Source of the DNA: Schizochytrium sp. TIO01 | Taxonomy: Eukaryota; Protista; Bigyra: Labyrinthulomycetes | Direction of reading: 5' to 3' | NCBI GenBank assembly: GCA_004764695.1 | Contig: SMSO01000031.1 | Coordinates: 8,476,761-8,540,760, forward strand | Length of the DNA stretch: 64,000 bases | Shown here: positions 45,581 to 60,300 of the stretch, one piece after another | Layout of the letters: the number at the start of each line of letters is the position of its first letter | Position numbering within the stretch: position 1 is the first letter of the stretch | Made by a program: the position numbers and the translations under genes | The notes under the pieces: model-generated | Told to the model about the DNA's origin: nothing | What the model saw: the letters and a program-made list of their open reading frames with translations, nothing else | Database searches by the model: none

Positions 45581-47320
45581 GGAACCTTTGGAGAAGCATG
45601 GAAGTTGTCGCCACCACAGCATCCACTGTGAACTGCTGTAGAGACCCTTTCAAATGCTCTGCGACGACATCAGTGGTAGTATGTAGTTAGTTATATGTCT
45701 CTAGCTAGAGAGCTAGCTAGTTACTTGGTACGAGAGAAAACGAAGCGGTTCGCTCACGCTCGTTGCAGAGCACCGAAGAAAATGTAGTCAGCGTTGAGGG
45801 GCCTAAACCACGGATGACTTCCGCTCGTCATCAAGGCTTCAGCTTGCCAGGACACTCGAAGTTGTTACAGAGCTCAATACTTGCGAGTTCCTGGCTGGCG
45901 CATTTATGAAGGAGCGAGTACCTGTACCTTCAATACCTACCTTCTGCCATAAAGGGTGTCAGGAGCACGCGAAGTTGATCATTGCGACTTCGTCGCTCGA
46001 CATGAGGGAAAGGCCAAAGGAACGAAAAGAATAGCGAGCGTCTGCGTGATTGGATTCACAAGTCTGATTACTGTCGCACCTTTGCGTTTTTCTTTGTAGC
46101 TTTTTGTATAAGGCGCTGTTGCGTACGCATCATAATCCCTGTTGGGCATCGTCTTCTTCGCAACTGAGTGCATGCTTTCGACTTCTGTCGCACCTTCTTC
46201 AAGCGAGCTCTGGTGTTTGCAGAATAGATTGCACTTTATGTGTTGCTGTATCAGAATGGAAATAAATAAATATAAGTTCTGCTAGTCGTGAGAACCACCT
46301 CCGCTCGTGGTGCGGAGTTTATCGGCGAGGAGAGGTATGCATTTGCAAAGTGACGCTATCTATCCAGGGGTGATCTTGTGCCTTGCTTTCATGTTACCAG
46401 TTCACTCGTTTCGATCTCTAGTTGTCGTTTTTGTGGCTAGGGTACCTGTCAACGAGGCAAGATTTGTCCCTTCGAAGGCTCTTGACAACCATGAGCTTGT
46501 ATGTATGTCTTTCTTCCCAAGCCTAGCGTAGGGCTCACGTGTTTGCGTGATTTCGTCCATACTTATTTCTACAGCGAACAAGATCCTGACCAGAATTCCA
46601 TGCTCGCGAGGTGCTCCTTCGTTTGAGTCATTTGGTTGCTTGAATATTAGATGAAATTTTTGATTGTATGGCCATGATCGAGCTTAATGATCCCATATAT
46701 ATAAATAGAAAAACATCATCAATTAGTCTTATGATTTATAAATCATAAACGAGTTAGTGATTCTCTTACACCTTTACCGCTCTCCTCTTCGGAGTGGATT
46801 TCATGTCTTCGAATTTCTTGAATCATGTTCTTAATCTTATAATGGTTATTATATCTATGTTTTTGCACCTTAAGACATTCCGGGTGAAAAGACAAAGAAA
46901 AGAAAAAAGAAGGGAAATAAATAAAATAAATAAGAATAGAATGAGTAAGTAGGGCTGTCATCACGCAAAGGAGGCGGCCATTTACGTAGACACGTGGAGC
47001 GCAATAGCGAGAGACTCTTGGGTTTCACGTGCGCTCTGCCTCCAAAGAGGCCAACACCTTTAAGTTGTGGAAGTACATTTTGTTTGATTTTCGAACTTCT
47101 CAATGCTTCGGTGTTTGAAAGCTTTAAATGACTGGCTGCTGTACATGAGTTTGAGAAGTTCTAAAATGCGATAATGGGAAATGGCTAGATGATACTACTC
47201 TCATGAAAGTTATGGTAGAAAGAAGAAAAAGAAAAAAGAGAAAAAAGTGAATATAAGAATAGGACAAAACATAGTTCTGATTGGTCAATAAAAGCAATAA
47301 AAGTTTCGCGTAGGGCCTTT

Positions 47321-47685
<365 letters not shown>

Positions 47686-50249
47686 TTGACAAAACATTGC
47701 AAGATCTAAAGCAGGCTTGTCTTTGATTTTAAAGTTTTAAAGAGTGCCATTTTATGCTGAGCAGCAGAGCACATCAATGGATTACAACTGGACTCCCTAT
47801 TTGCAAGATAGTGAAGACCTCGTGGTCAAACAGTTGGCCTGACAGGCTCATTGCTAGGCAGCGAAAAGTTTAAATGCATTAACACTCATCACTATATATG
47901 TAGAAGAGAAGGTTTGTATCATTTAATTCTATTTTATTTCTTTAATTTTAATTGGAAATTAAAAAAGAAAAAAGAAAAAAAAAAAAAAAAAGAGAGAAGG
48001 ATGGAAGCATTTCTTCGACAGAGCAGCACCTGGTTGGCCTGACTTACAACTTTGTTGGGGGCACCTACTTTACTCTATAATAAACATCAAAGTTGTGCGG
48101 CATTATATATCTTACACAGGCTCGCATGAGATTTGAAGGGATAATCTTTCGTTAAACCAGTCGGTGTATTGCCCTCGTCAACCAGTATAATCGAATGCGC
48201 AGCTTGAAGACTTCCACGGACCCAGAATGTACGGTTTCAAGAAGGTCTTTCAATTACAGTTCCAGGCAAGGCTTGCTGCACTGTGGTAATTTACCGGTCG
48301 CTGTTAAGCATAGTAAACATGAAGTGCCATGAAAAGACACTCTCAGGCACGGATGATCAGATACCGCAGCATCCTTTCGCTTTTCAGACAGGCTTTTTAT
48401 CATGATGCGAAATAGGTTGTGGTACGAATTTGCCGATTTTCTCTGTGTCTCAACCATCGAGCGAAAGTACAACTGGCGAAGTAATCCCAGCAGCTTTGAG
48501 GTTTTCCGACGAAGGCGCTAATACGCTGTCACAGGCTAATCTGGTTGCTCTTGGAATGGCAGCATTTTCATCAAATGGCACTTCGATAGCCATGGACTTC
48601 TCTTGGGTGATTATGTCCATATTTCCCTTAATTTAGAGCTAACTGCAGCTCTTTGCGGGCAGTCAAGCTGGAAACAGCGCAAAGCGACCATATAGACACA
48701 ATTTGCCTGAGGCTACCTGACCGCCACTTGCTATTTATTTTCGCTAGCGCGAGAGCACAATACAGCCTTGGGCGGTTACAGTAAAGCCAATATAAGTTGC
48801 TCTTGTTGATTGTGTAATCATGGCTTCCACCAAAGGTAGCCTGACACAAGTGGACAATCTCTTGCACGTTAAGGCATTCAATCAAACTAGTCGGTGCTTC
48901 CGGTAAATTTCGTTGACTAGTGCAGAAGTGCAACAGATGAGGTAAGTTTTCCGGACACAATATTCAAGAAGAGCTAACCAGCACGGGTAACAAGGCAGTG
49001 ATTGTCTAAAGCTAGAGGGCGATTTTGCATTCAGAGTTTAATGATACGAGCATGAGCAATTCGTGGCACGCGTGCGTATACTCTGCATTTAATTCCGCTG
49101 CACTGTAGGTAGTAGCCCCGCAGGCGGCCAAGTGATGCGTCTTCCTCCACACATTCTTTATTCAATCTCTTTGGAGTTGAGGGCAGCAACCAGGCTTGTT
49201 CTAGTTAGTACTATTTTGCTTTTCTTTTTCAGACTCAGCGGCCCGAAATCAATTATTTTTTAACATGGAAGTAATCAGATGACTAGAACTGTATGCGGCA
49301 ATTCCTTAGACTACTGCCAAAGAAGATGTTTGCATATCCTCTAGTAAATTAACGAGTACTTGAAATAGAGCAGACCTTCCAACTATTCATTGCTTGAATA
49401 TAAAGGTTTACTTTTTCTTTCAATTTAAATCAAAACTCCAAATTTTCTTATTTTGTTTTTTTACAGATAAGTTCTCATTTATCTGTACAAAGATAATATG
49501 AGTACGATATTTGAGGTCTGGGCAGCGAGTATCGCTCCTGCTGTTATACTACCTAGTAAAATGCAGTGCAGTTTTCCTCTAGATAACTCATTTTCAAATG
49601 GAGAATTTGTGTTGTGCCTGCAATGGAAGTAAAGTCAGCATTTGGTCGTAATTTTAATCCCGATGTAAGCATCTGAATTTTCGTCAAGTGACTCGAGTAA
49701 AAGCCCTTTTTTTAAATTTAAATATATAACTCAAAAACATATCTAAAAAAGTTGTTTTAATTAGAATAAGAATTTGCTTAGGCACACAGAGAGAGAGAGC
49801 TAACATATTCAATACGTGAAAGTTTTTTTCGTTGATACCTACCTTGGCTACTATTGAAAACCATAACAATTAAACAATGTTTTTAAGTGAAAACATTTTA
49901 ACTTAAAACAAATGAATAAAGAGTAATCAAGAGTTGGATGGCAGTCCATATATAGTAATAATAGCATAATAGAGAGACTTGGCCGGCAGAGGAATCGTCA
50001 GCAATCCTGAAACTCAGAAGCGGCGAATGAACTTGTGGTCTTAAGCAACACAAGGTGCCTCATCTATAGATTGAGTGAGGGTACTAGGGTATATAGTACT
50101 TCATAGGTGGCAACAATATAGCTACACCTTTATAACAGAGCAAGTTCTGTGACCAACAAATCATTTGTTCTATCAGGTGACCAGAAAGTGCAACTCTGGT
50201 TTCGTTATTTTCTTCTTCTTCTTTTCTGGTCAGTGCATGTAAAAGAAAC

Positions 50250-50864
50250 ATGGACCGTATTCAAAAGCGTGACAATTGGTGTGATCAGAAACTTGGCCGT
50301 CGGACACGTCGCTCAAGTTTCGATCACAAAGAAACTCTACGAGTAGAAGGGCCCTCGAGTGTCTTCAGGCGTGTGGTATCAAGTCCACGGGCTCGATTTG
50401 TCCGTGTCGTGAACACCACTCCTGATGTCCTTCGACTTGACGATGGCACTGCAGAGAGCGAGCATCTTGACCACGATGCCTTTGATTCTAGCGAAGACGA
50501 ATATGATAGATTGCATCCATTAATAAGGACCTCAATTAATTCTCGTGAGAGAAGCATTCCTAGCACCACACAACAGATAACTTCTCGGCAGCACACAAAT
50601 AATGATTGCTCTAAGGAAGAATGCGTTCTTCCTCATGAACCCTCACCAGATACCCCAATTATGTCAGGACATGCAAGGTTTTTGTCCAGCTCAGCAAGGA
50701 TATTTATGTCAAGACCTGCACGACTAACTATGTCAAGCTCTACGCATTCTCGTTTTTGTGCCAAGAGCAATCCACAAGATGGGAACACACCTCCGATTGG
50801 ACGAATGAGAGAACGCCTTCCAGCGATGGACATCTTACCCTTGTGGAGCGAAAAACATGAATGA
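50250..50864 (+). CDS. Hypothetical protein, 204 aa, S/R-rich and probably disordered
   Basis: Longest non-repeat ORF in the last 22 kb, ATG in AAAC-ATG-G context, AT-rich flanks; no recognisable domain. Confidence 0.5.
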   Translation: MDRIQKRDNWCDQKLGRRTRRSSFDHKETLRVEGPSSVFRRVVSSPRARFVRVVNTTPDVLRLDDGTAESEHLDHDAFDSSEDEYDRLHPLIRTSINSRERSIPSTTQQITSRQHTNNDCSKEECVLPHEPSPDTPIMSGHARFLSSSARIFMSRPARLTMSSSTHSRFCAKSNPQDGNTPPIGRMRERLPAMDILPLWSEKHE

Positions 50865-53393
50865 GCTACTACTGTCTCTAAAATTTGTGTGCGTCGTTGC
50901 CAATCGTTTTGCTGTTGATACATTAAAGTACTGTTTCACTACCGTTTTTCGTTGTTGTATATTTTTACTACATTATTCAGAACTGCAAACACATTTCTTA
51001 TGAATTATTAAATGAATGCTTAATTTACCTATATTATCCTCCCAAGAACCCTCAACAAACGTTTAAAAGAAGTCTTTCCATGCCGTCATCCATCCTTCTC
51101 ATCATTTAAATTAAAAATGCCCTCTATTTAGCCATTGCCAGTTTGGGTTTATTTGTGTCAATCTTGCGTTCATCATGACTGGAGCCATGATATTCTTTTT
51201 TTGAACTAAGGATACAGATAGTGGTGAGTGCTGTTGCTACTTTACAAAAAACAACAACTATATAAATATAGCGAAGCAGAAGACCTTGACAATCCTCTAA
51301 AACAACAAGACTATTATCATAGCCTTGTAAAGGTGAGTGCACAACATGCTAAATATATCAAGATCTGACGTGTGTTGCATATATACTAGTAACAAGGGGA
51401 ACGAGGTTAAGCTTATAATATAGCGGTCTGCTGACCCTTGATATGAATCTCTCTTTTATTTTAGGAAATTAAAAAACAAAAAACAAAAAAACCACAGTAC
51501 TAAGTTCTCATGGAGATCTTCAACAATTGGTTTTGGCTCCAACTATTTGCATCTTATGAGGCTTGTATACTTAGTCAACTTCATAATAAATACCCCCCAC
51601 TTTTGCATTCTAAAGCATCCTAATGCAATACTCCTTCAGCATGCAGGAGAAGCTAACCTTCAAACCGCCATAGGTTTTATTATTCGCCCTGTGAAAGCTT
51701 GCAGAGGGACGATATGAAATCTGCCACCTGCACAGTCTTTCACTTGTTGCCAAATTGCTATAGAAAACAACATTAGGAATAAAAGAAACCATGATAGTTA
51801 ATAGTAGTTTCGAATATGGCACTACTTCAGTAAATGCTATTCCTTGTAATGTCTGTTACTGTAATACACAGACCAAAGTAGTTTCCATTAGCTTAATATT
51901 TGTACGTGGGTAGATAATTTGCAACTCAGGTCCTATACATGTAGCACTGAAAATATGGCAATCAGCATCATCCTACCAGAGATTTGCAGCGCTTTTTGCT
52001 GAGTATACAAATGTTTTCAAAGAAAAGCTCGGAGCAAAGTACTACACTGATTATTTAATTGTCAAAGCTGCAGTACTATTGAGCCAATTGACTTCAAACT
52101 ATGAAAATGGACCCTTTAAAACATTCCATTTTCGTGTCTGCTGTCAACCCTTGATTTCAATCTATTTCTTAGAAGTCCCTTCCTAGCCAAGCCATGTATA
52201 GGTTTACTTAAATACACGCGCCTGAAAGTAGTGCTGAAAATAAATATATTGAAGCCTCTTCTTTAACGACAATGGCATTATTAATGGAATCTTTGCCAAT
52301 CAACGCAGGTGAAGTCTTCACAGCTACAAAGAACGCGCAAGTCGCCATATGGCGTTTGTTTGAAATGAGCAACAGTATGGGCGATTTGATTTCAGAAACT
52401 AATTGCTAGACAACTTCAAATAATAAACTACAAAGGTTTGTCTAAATATTTGATCGTGTCTGTTCATTTTGCTTGAGTTTTTGAGTCAAGAAGTACAAGT
52501 AGTCTCAGATTTCTCACACCTAGGCAACAATACAATAGCTTGCGCAGCCAAACGTACGGATTTAAACTTTTATAGAGTTTTGAACCCTCCAGTTTGTGAT
52601 ATATAGTCTCACGACTGGTTTGATACACATCCGCAAAAAGTGATCTGGTCCATTCCCTAGCTCAATCCTCCTCTCTCCTGGTCAAAACCCTGCACACACG
52701 GTATTCAAAAGATAAATGCTGCTTAAGCATTCATTTCCGCACCTCATTGCATCTTTCAAGACATTTCCTAGGTAGATAAAACTGAGTATCCAAAATCCTA
52801 CACTGACCTAACCTTGAGGGTCAAAAGTTGAATTGTTGTTACTACTCATGGACTTCTTATCATAAATGCACGAAGCTACAAGACAAAGCAATCGTGTCAA
52901 AGTTCTTGCTTCAAAGCATCCAACCACGCAGCAACGTTTTGCACACATATACTGCCACAAGCCTCGTCGATGCACCTGAAGACATTATTTTAGCCTGCTC
53001 TGATTATTCGTCATTAGTAGTAGGGGTTTGACATCCTTCTGTTCCGAGCAGATGCCTTTGGCAAAGAAGCATAACCTCCTTGTCCAATGATGCTAGATTG
53101 CAGATCATGACGATGATACGTGTTTGGATTGCAACACAGATAGCGTGACCTCGACCCTCATCTTCTGATCTTTTCTTTGGCCGAATAGAATGAATCCCTA
53201 GGAAGCTTTACACTTTTCTACACCTGAGAGTATGCCCAAATGGTGCACGATCTTGCGCCTTGCCAAAGAAAACGGCTTTGCGACGAGCAATCCATTTGTT
53301 TTGAGATAGAGCTTCACGAACGTGAGGGTGAGGCTTGCAGATTTGCTGGAAATACGTAGTAGACGTGGCAAGTTGGTCGGACGCAAACGGCCT

Positions 53394-53430
53394 ACTCGGG
53401 GATGCCACTCGGGGATGCCGCTCGGGAATC
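53394..53430. repeat. 13-bp tandem repeat (ACTCGGGGATGCC), ~2.8 copies
   Basis: actcggggatgcc-actcggggatgcc-gctcgggaatc. Confidence 0.85.
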
Positions 53431-54596
53431 ATATAAAAAAACAGAATTAAAACTCAATTTGAAACCGATGGTTTGTCACGGCTGTGGCTTAATTGCCCAC
53501 AAAACTTTGGTATGGCAGAAAGAGGTAGGCAGGTACCTACTTGCCGACGCCTAATACCACCATTGGATCTTGACACTCGCCAACCGCGCTCTCTGTTGCG
53601 TCAATCCGTCACTTCATTTAGATTCAAGGAATTGTTCGTCAATCTTATACTACATCAGCGTGACGCATAGCTTTGAACCTCTACGCACCGGGTCAGCTAG
53701 TAAGTCGTATGCCTTGACTACTACTTAGGGAGAGGTGTTCCTCGCGTTGGTGGACTTAAGTCAACATAAATTGAAACTCAGAATTATCAATTGATCCAAT
53801 GAAATGATGGCTACTAGTAGCTGCTATTATTTGGTACGACTATGGTGTGGTATATGCAGACAGATAGTTAGGAGAGTTTGAAAGGTGCATGTTCTTTTTA
53901 AAAATGTTTTCAGATAAGGGAATCCGGACTACATGTAACACTTAAGGTTGTAAATGTAAAGCAATTTGCGCTGAGGGTCTTTCTGATGCTTCGAAATCTG
54001 ATTTCATTATAGCATATCCTCACCATTCTACTTCTAGTTACTGTTTGTTTTATAAAAGTTGGCATTATTGTTAATCACACCAAAAAAAAAGTAGTTTTAA
54101 TTACACAAATATATAAATTTATATTTTAAATATATATATTTAAAAAAAAAAAAAAACTATTTTTAAAATTAAAATAAGATAATGTTGGTTTAAAAAAAAA
54201 AAACAAAAAAAAAAACGCCGCAATAACGTGACGGCCGCAAGCTTATTTGTTTTTAAAAACAGCAAGCCCCGTTTCTTGTTCTATGCCTTCTATACAAAAG
54301 GCTTTTACCTCACTAAATGCCCATGCCGACTTACTTCTCAGTTGCTGGTATGATTTTGAAGAACGGCTTTTAGAATATAGGTCAATGGATTCTACGTTAT
54401 TTTTGTTCTGGCCTGGTTCTGAACTGAGAACATTGAAGTAGATGAATGCATCTCGTTGGTTCATTTCAACCACCGGGTCAAAGGCCTTGACTTTGGATAA
54501 AGTTAAAAGCCTGTAGATTTGGCATTTACTGGCGGCTCAAAATATACAAATTCAAGGAATCTTGGAAGACTCTCTCAAAGTAGTTAGCTATCCAGC

Positions 54597-54696
54597 AATA
54601 CGATTGCATTAACAAAACAAATCAAGAATGCCGTTCGTAGGCTAAATACGATTGCATTAACAAAACAAATCAAGAATGCCGTTCGTAGGCTAAATA
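54597..54696. repeat. Exact 48-bp tandem duplication
   Basis: AATACGATTGCATTAACAAAACAAATCAAGAATGCCGTTCGTAGGCTA at 54597 and 54645, followed by AATA. Confidence 0.95.
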
Positions 54697-57267
54697 AATG
54701 AGCAAAATTGCGTGTTTCTGAGAAAACTCATCATCAGTATGTGGCCTTCACAGCGACGTTGGGCTTTCGATGAATTTTGCTCTATTTTTGTCATACATTT
54801 CTAGTCATCAAACCTAAGACTAAGTATGCTAGAATATAGGGTATCGCAACAGAAGAGGGCTGGAAAGACAAGTGTTAATGTAGGTCAATCTCAAGCCAAA
54901 CAAACAAATAAAAACAAAAACGAGACTGATGATAAACATAGATTATATAGGCCTACTTTTTCTTTATTACTAGCTAGAGTATAATCCAAAGAAAGACTAC
55001 CTTCTTAAAAGTCAATAAGCGAGGGACTCGATTGGGTGCGAGCTCCAGCCATTCTTTTAGTTTCGGCCAGATATAAACTTTTAGTTTGATCGACGGTGTT
55101 TCATTTCCCCTCTCAAAAGTAAAATTTCCAATTTAATTAAACTGTTACGAAGTTGGCCGACAAAGACTGTGCAAGCCAGGGAGATCATAATCATGCTTCA
55201 ACCACTCTTTTATACTTTGATTCGACGTAGAGTTTGAAGCCGTCTTGATGAGGCGAATTTTCCAGCCGTTCAAGTTTGCTAACATGCCCATTTCTTAATA
55301 TTACCTTCCAACTGTACGTTTTACAAGTTTAGCAATACTAACAATCAGTGATCTTTGTTCGCCTCGCCGTCCAAAGCATCTTTTTATATCTGCATTTATT
55401 CACTACTACATCCCCGCCCGTTCGCTTTCCTTGCGGGGTCAACGCAGCTTTCTCTTCAATCTCAACCTAAAGAGCAACAGGCAGTTCAAGCTGACAGAGG
55501 GCATAGTTTCTCCCCGCCAGCCTCGGGCTATGTGGTCAATACTTGCGATTTGTTGGAGCACATTCTGCAAGCTAGCTGCAAATATACTATCTATAGGCCT
55601 AGAATCGCGAATGGTATTTCCGTTGAAAACTTGTAGGATACCGTGTTTTATTTCGCGATGCTTTGAGGACTACCAAGTACTACCAGGCATAGCAACCTCT
55701 ACATAAAGTTAATGAATGGTCCCAATCATTCGAACTTTGCCTCAGTCCCTCAAATGGCAAGCTAACTCCCACCAAGGACTTTTATTTCATTGATCGATTA
55801 ATTGATTCATTGATTGATTGATTCATTTATTCACCCCCTAAAGTATGCACGCACCATCCAGGCCTGTACTTTCTGGCTCATGATGGATCTTCGCACTCAA
55901 CGGTTACTCACTCACTCATGGCAATTTGCAGCCCTACTTCAAGTAACGAAATGGCGCGCGCTTCGACTGTGCCGATGGAGGCGTCTGAACCCCCCTATCG
56001 CCCTGCAAATGCCAGTTGTTGGCACTTGTGATTTGCCTTGAGATGAGCGCATGCGAACCCATGCCTACAAGTACTATACAACAGCACTCACCGTGAGGAA
56101 GCACCGGCTGCCTTTTCGTTGCTCTACCTAGAGCTTGAAGGGATTAGAGGATCTGCAAAAGTAGTAGAAAACCTTTGCAGGTCCCTCGAGGCTCGAGGCA
56201 CGGCTTCGTTTGCTTTATTTGCGTCCGTCTGCAGGTCTCGCAGTTTCAAGACGCAGGGATGAATGAATGAATAAATGAATGCCCAGCGAGCTCCTGAACA
56301 ACTTGAAAGACGAGTTGAGCAGTGCGAGGGATGCGCTTTCTTCGTCGGGCTCATAAGTCGGTACTTTAGCTGCTCAGACCGCGGTATACAATCGAGCAGC
56401 AAGCAGCTGAGGTTTGAGACTACAGTGATTGACTTCTTCGGAAATAAGAATAAACACATCCAACTCTCCATCTATCGAAGGTAGTAGGTACCACCTAGTT
56501 AATTAATCCCAATCGAAGCACCTTTTTAAATTAAACGAGCCACTCGTTTCAAGTTCTCTCGCCTCGGCAAAATAAAATAAAACGAAATCAATAAAATGAA
56601 AATACGTAGGTCTAGAAACTTTTATTTTTTCTCTCTGTAAGCTTGAAGAGTATGGAGTTGTAGTAGTAAAAACAGAGATCCAAAGAAATAAAAGGGAGGA
56701 CCAATCTGCATGTTCCCTTACCTCAGGTCAAGAAGTTCATATTTTCCTCAAAAACGCCAACCATGGCTGCGAACAATACGTTCGATCCAACAAACTAAGT
56801 CTAACACTTCCTATACTAGTACATAGGTTGGTTTCCCAGAAAATCGATCTTGTTAAAAGGTCCTTAAGGTTGCTTCTTACTTGACGAGCTCATCGCGTGT
56901 ACTTACATGCGTTGAAAGAGAGCCGAAGTCTACAGTCCTTGAACTTTGAGCGCCCAGAGCGAGCGCCTTTCGTCAACAATACTAAAAGAGCGGCTTCGAT
57001 CGACGGCGTGCTATCTCAGTGCGAAAACCTCTTCGTTTCAAAATGTGAAAATGCGAAAGCTGTCTCGTTCATCACTATACCTACTCGTTTTCTTTTCGTT
57101 TCGTTCGCAATAAGAATTTGACAGACCTGATAAACCAACAGTTGCTGGTTTGTGGGGCTTTGAAAAAATTACGATAATTTCACAACGCAGGGGTCGCTAA
57201 CTCGCGTACCATTTCTCTACCGCCTGCCTAAGCTGCAGAAGACGGCAGTTAAACCAAAACCTGTTTT

Positions 57268-57269
<2 letters not shown>

Positions 57270-57297
<28 letters not shown>
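57270..57297. repeat. Poly-T tract (28 nt)
   Basis: Directly visible homopolymer. Confidence 0.95.
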
Positions 57298-57301
<4 letters not shown>

Positions 57302-60300
57302 AATTAGTGGTCTTTAATTAAAGATGAGAAATAAAATAAAAGGAGAGAGCGGCAACAATCACCACAATGCGGGAGGAATCAAAAAGACGCTGCGAGGACC
57401 AAATCCGTGCTGGGAATACACAGAAACATAGCTCCAGGATAATCCAGGTGGCTTATTCCGGCTGGACGAGCTAAACATCAGCCTCGAAGCCTCGTTCTTG
57501 CCGCACTCGAGTGCAGAGACTGCGCAGGTAACAACGGTCCAGTCTTCACTTCGTGAATGAACTCAGTCTGAGACCCGCTTCGTTACAGTCACAGTACATT
57601 TAGAAAAGAGTGAGCAGTGTTCATGTCAGCCGGTTTCGTTTCCTCTTTATATAATCTTTATATAAGCAGAATATGAATTGAGCGCGAGTTCTTGAGAGAC
57701 TTTCTCTTCGATCGATCGCGGTACTCCGCCTCAATGGGGACTTCAGGCGCAAGAACTCGGGAGGCGTTGATGATTGAGCGCGGAAACGCTCTGAGGTGCA
57801 CAGGTGTCCGGCGCAGACGGGAACTGCCCAGGCTTGAGCAAAGACATCAGGATGGAGGTATCCAAATAACTCCCTTAAGGCCGGGTGTGGTACGCAGCAT
57901 CGTTATTGCGGCAGCGTTGCAAAGTTATTGATTTGTTTGTTTGTTTCTTGGTTGGTTGGTCGGTTTCGTTCAAGAACTACTCATAGGGCAGCGTATTCCT
58001 GTGCGTTTTATTCTTTGGGCGCGACAATGGTCTCGTAAAGAAAACGCGCTGCGACCAATCTGATCAGCGCGATGGGCTGTATTAATAAGCTTGCTTTACC
58101 AACAATTCGTGGATGGATTGAGGGACGGTAGCTGATACAAGCGGGGAAGAAGCGCCGCGATAAAATCGAGAGGCCTTTGCTCTTTACTTTCGACAGCAGC
58201 GGTGGCATAACTGCGATGAGGCGTCGCAACGACGTCCTTCAGTAGAGAGGAAACGGTACTTAGTGCCTCCACACAGTCGCTCGTCTGCTAAGCGATGTCC
58301 ACGTTTCAAAATATTCAACGACGCTTTCTTCTTTCATTCATTATAAAATATTCCTTTCTTTTCGCCCCCCTGCTGAAGGTAACTTTTTAAAATTATTTTT
58401 CAAAACGCTACCCCTATTAAAAGCAGAAGAAGAAGGTTTTTTTAAAATTATTTTTTAACCCCATGAATAGGAAACCTGAAAATAATAAAGGAAAAAAAAG
58501 GGGAAAAGAAGGAAAAAGGATTTGATAAGCGATGTGTTTGCGACGCTTCTTCTCTCTGACTTAGGCATGTCTTAGATAGACGAATCGACCTCAATGTCGA
58601 AGTGTCGGTTGTTCAACTTAGCACACAATACAGGCTACCCACGCGGTATACCAGTATACGATAATCTCGTCCCTGGAATATGGGAAACTCAGATAATCTA
58701 CAATCAAGAAGTGGAGTGTCCGCGTCTTATTATCGTCTCAGTCACATTGTAGTCCAGACTTCGTAAAGTGGTCCAGGCCAGCTCATTAGAAGTTTCAAAG
58801 TGAAGGCACTTCAAAATCCAGTTTAGTCAAACGTAGTAGCTACTCTAAACTAAAAGCACCATAAAGCACTTGTGTGCTACTATAACAGATACATTAGCAT
58901 GCATTCAGATTCTGAACTGATGCAGAACAAGTCAATCTAGTCCAGCAAACCCAAAACTCTTCGACGGCTCATAGACTGACCTTTGCCATTTGCGAGCTGT
59001 CGTCGAGCTTGTATTGTTGGAGTAAAGACCCGAAGGACACACCAGCGAAGATGCCTGCGAGCTTACCGTCTGACATGCAAGCGCAAGCCCTCGGCGCGGC
59101 TGTGCGGAAGGCTTTGGCAAAGCTCCCGCCGCCGCCAGGACTGGAGAGCGAGGCAAGTGCTCCAGCACCACGTCAAAGCGGAGCTTATGCATACCGTGCT
59201 CGTCTCTATACTGTCCAAGAGCTACCTTTGGCAACTCATGTGAACTCGTCGAAATGACGAATCAACATTCCCTGCAAAGCGAGATGAACCGGAGCAAGTT
59301 GACGGGCTATGTAACCTTAAATGTGCATTTCGAGCATCAAAATTGCTGGTGCCAGATGCCCATGTATACCATAATTTCTCCTCTGAGAAACAACTCGAAG
59401 AGCAATGCGACTTGAAGAAACTAGGATCAAAGGCGACAATGGGAGAAGGACTTCGTATTCGTGCGTTTCTGCTCTTTTGTAATGTAAATTTCGTTGTAAT
59501 TCGTGGCTATCGTTATCTACTTCAAAAAGTAGCGACCCAGTTATATACTGATACTAGTAGAATTTCTATTTTTTTTAAATTAAAATTTTAAAAAGAAACA
59601 AATTTTGAATGCTCGTATGAATACTGAAACCTTAGAGGGTTCTTTTTTCTTTTCCTTTATTAAAAAAACAACAAAAAACAACAAAAGACTATTGTCCCTT
59701 CCTTCGTAGAGTATTTAAGACTTCACAAGAGGACAATGCAACGATTCGCGGCTCGTTCCCTTTCACTATAAATATATTTAATACATCTCTTATATTTTAG
59801 GGGCCCTCGAATTTTAGGTATCACTTACATTTTAGGTATCCCTTGCGAAATAGGTTGACTCGTAACTGCAATGTCTCCCAGAGGAAGTCAATTCACATCT
59901 TGAGGATGCTCATTCCCCTACTGCTTGCTTGTATATTCCCTGACACACGACTTGCAAATAGAGATGCGCTTGAACACCCTTCCAAACCGCAACAGCAACC
60001 AGCAACTGCTTCTTCAATTAGAGACCACTATCATTAGGGTTAAGGTCTCGTCTCGCAGGCCCTGAGTTCTTATCATCCTCTGTAAGAGCTGCGTTCTTGA
60101 AGAAGCTCGTCCCGCTCTCTACACCGAAAGCAACAGCCATCCCGCTTCGGCCATTTACGTTGGCTGCTCAGGTCTTCGTCCTCGGCTATCCCGAGGAAGG
60201 CTGTAGAGGCGATGTCTGGCGGAGCAGCAGCCTAAATTTCAACAAGAGAGAAAACAATATGGGAGAATGGCTGACAGAAGTAAAGAGAATAATCGTACTC

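Noticed and set aside
54597-54696. Repeat considered as a CRISPR-like array
   Set aside because: Two adjacent identical units with no spacer, in a eukaryotic context with no cas genes.
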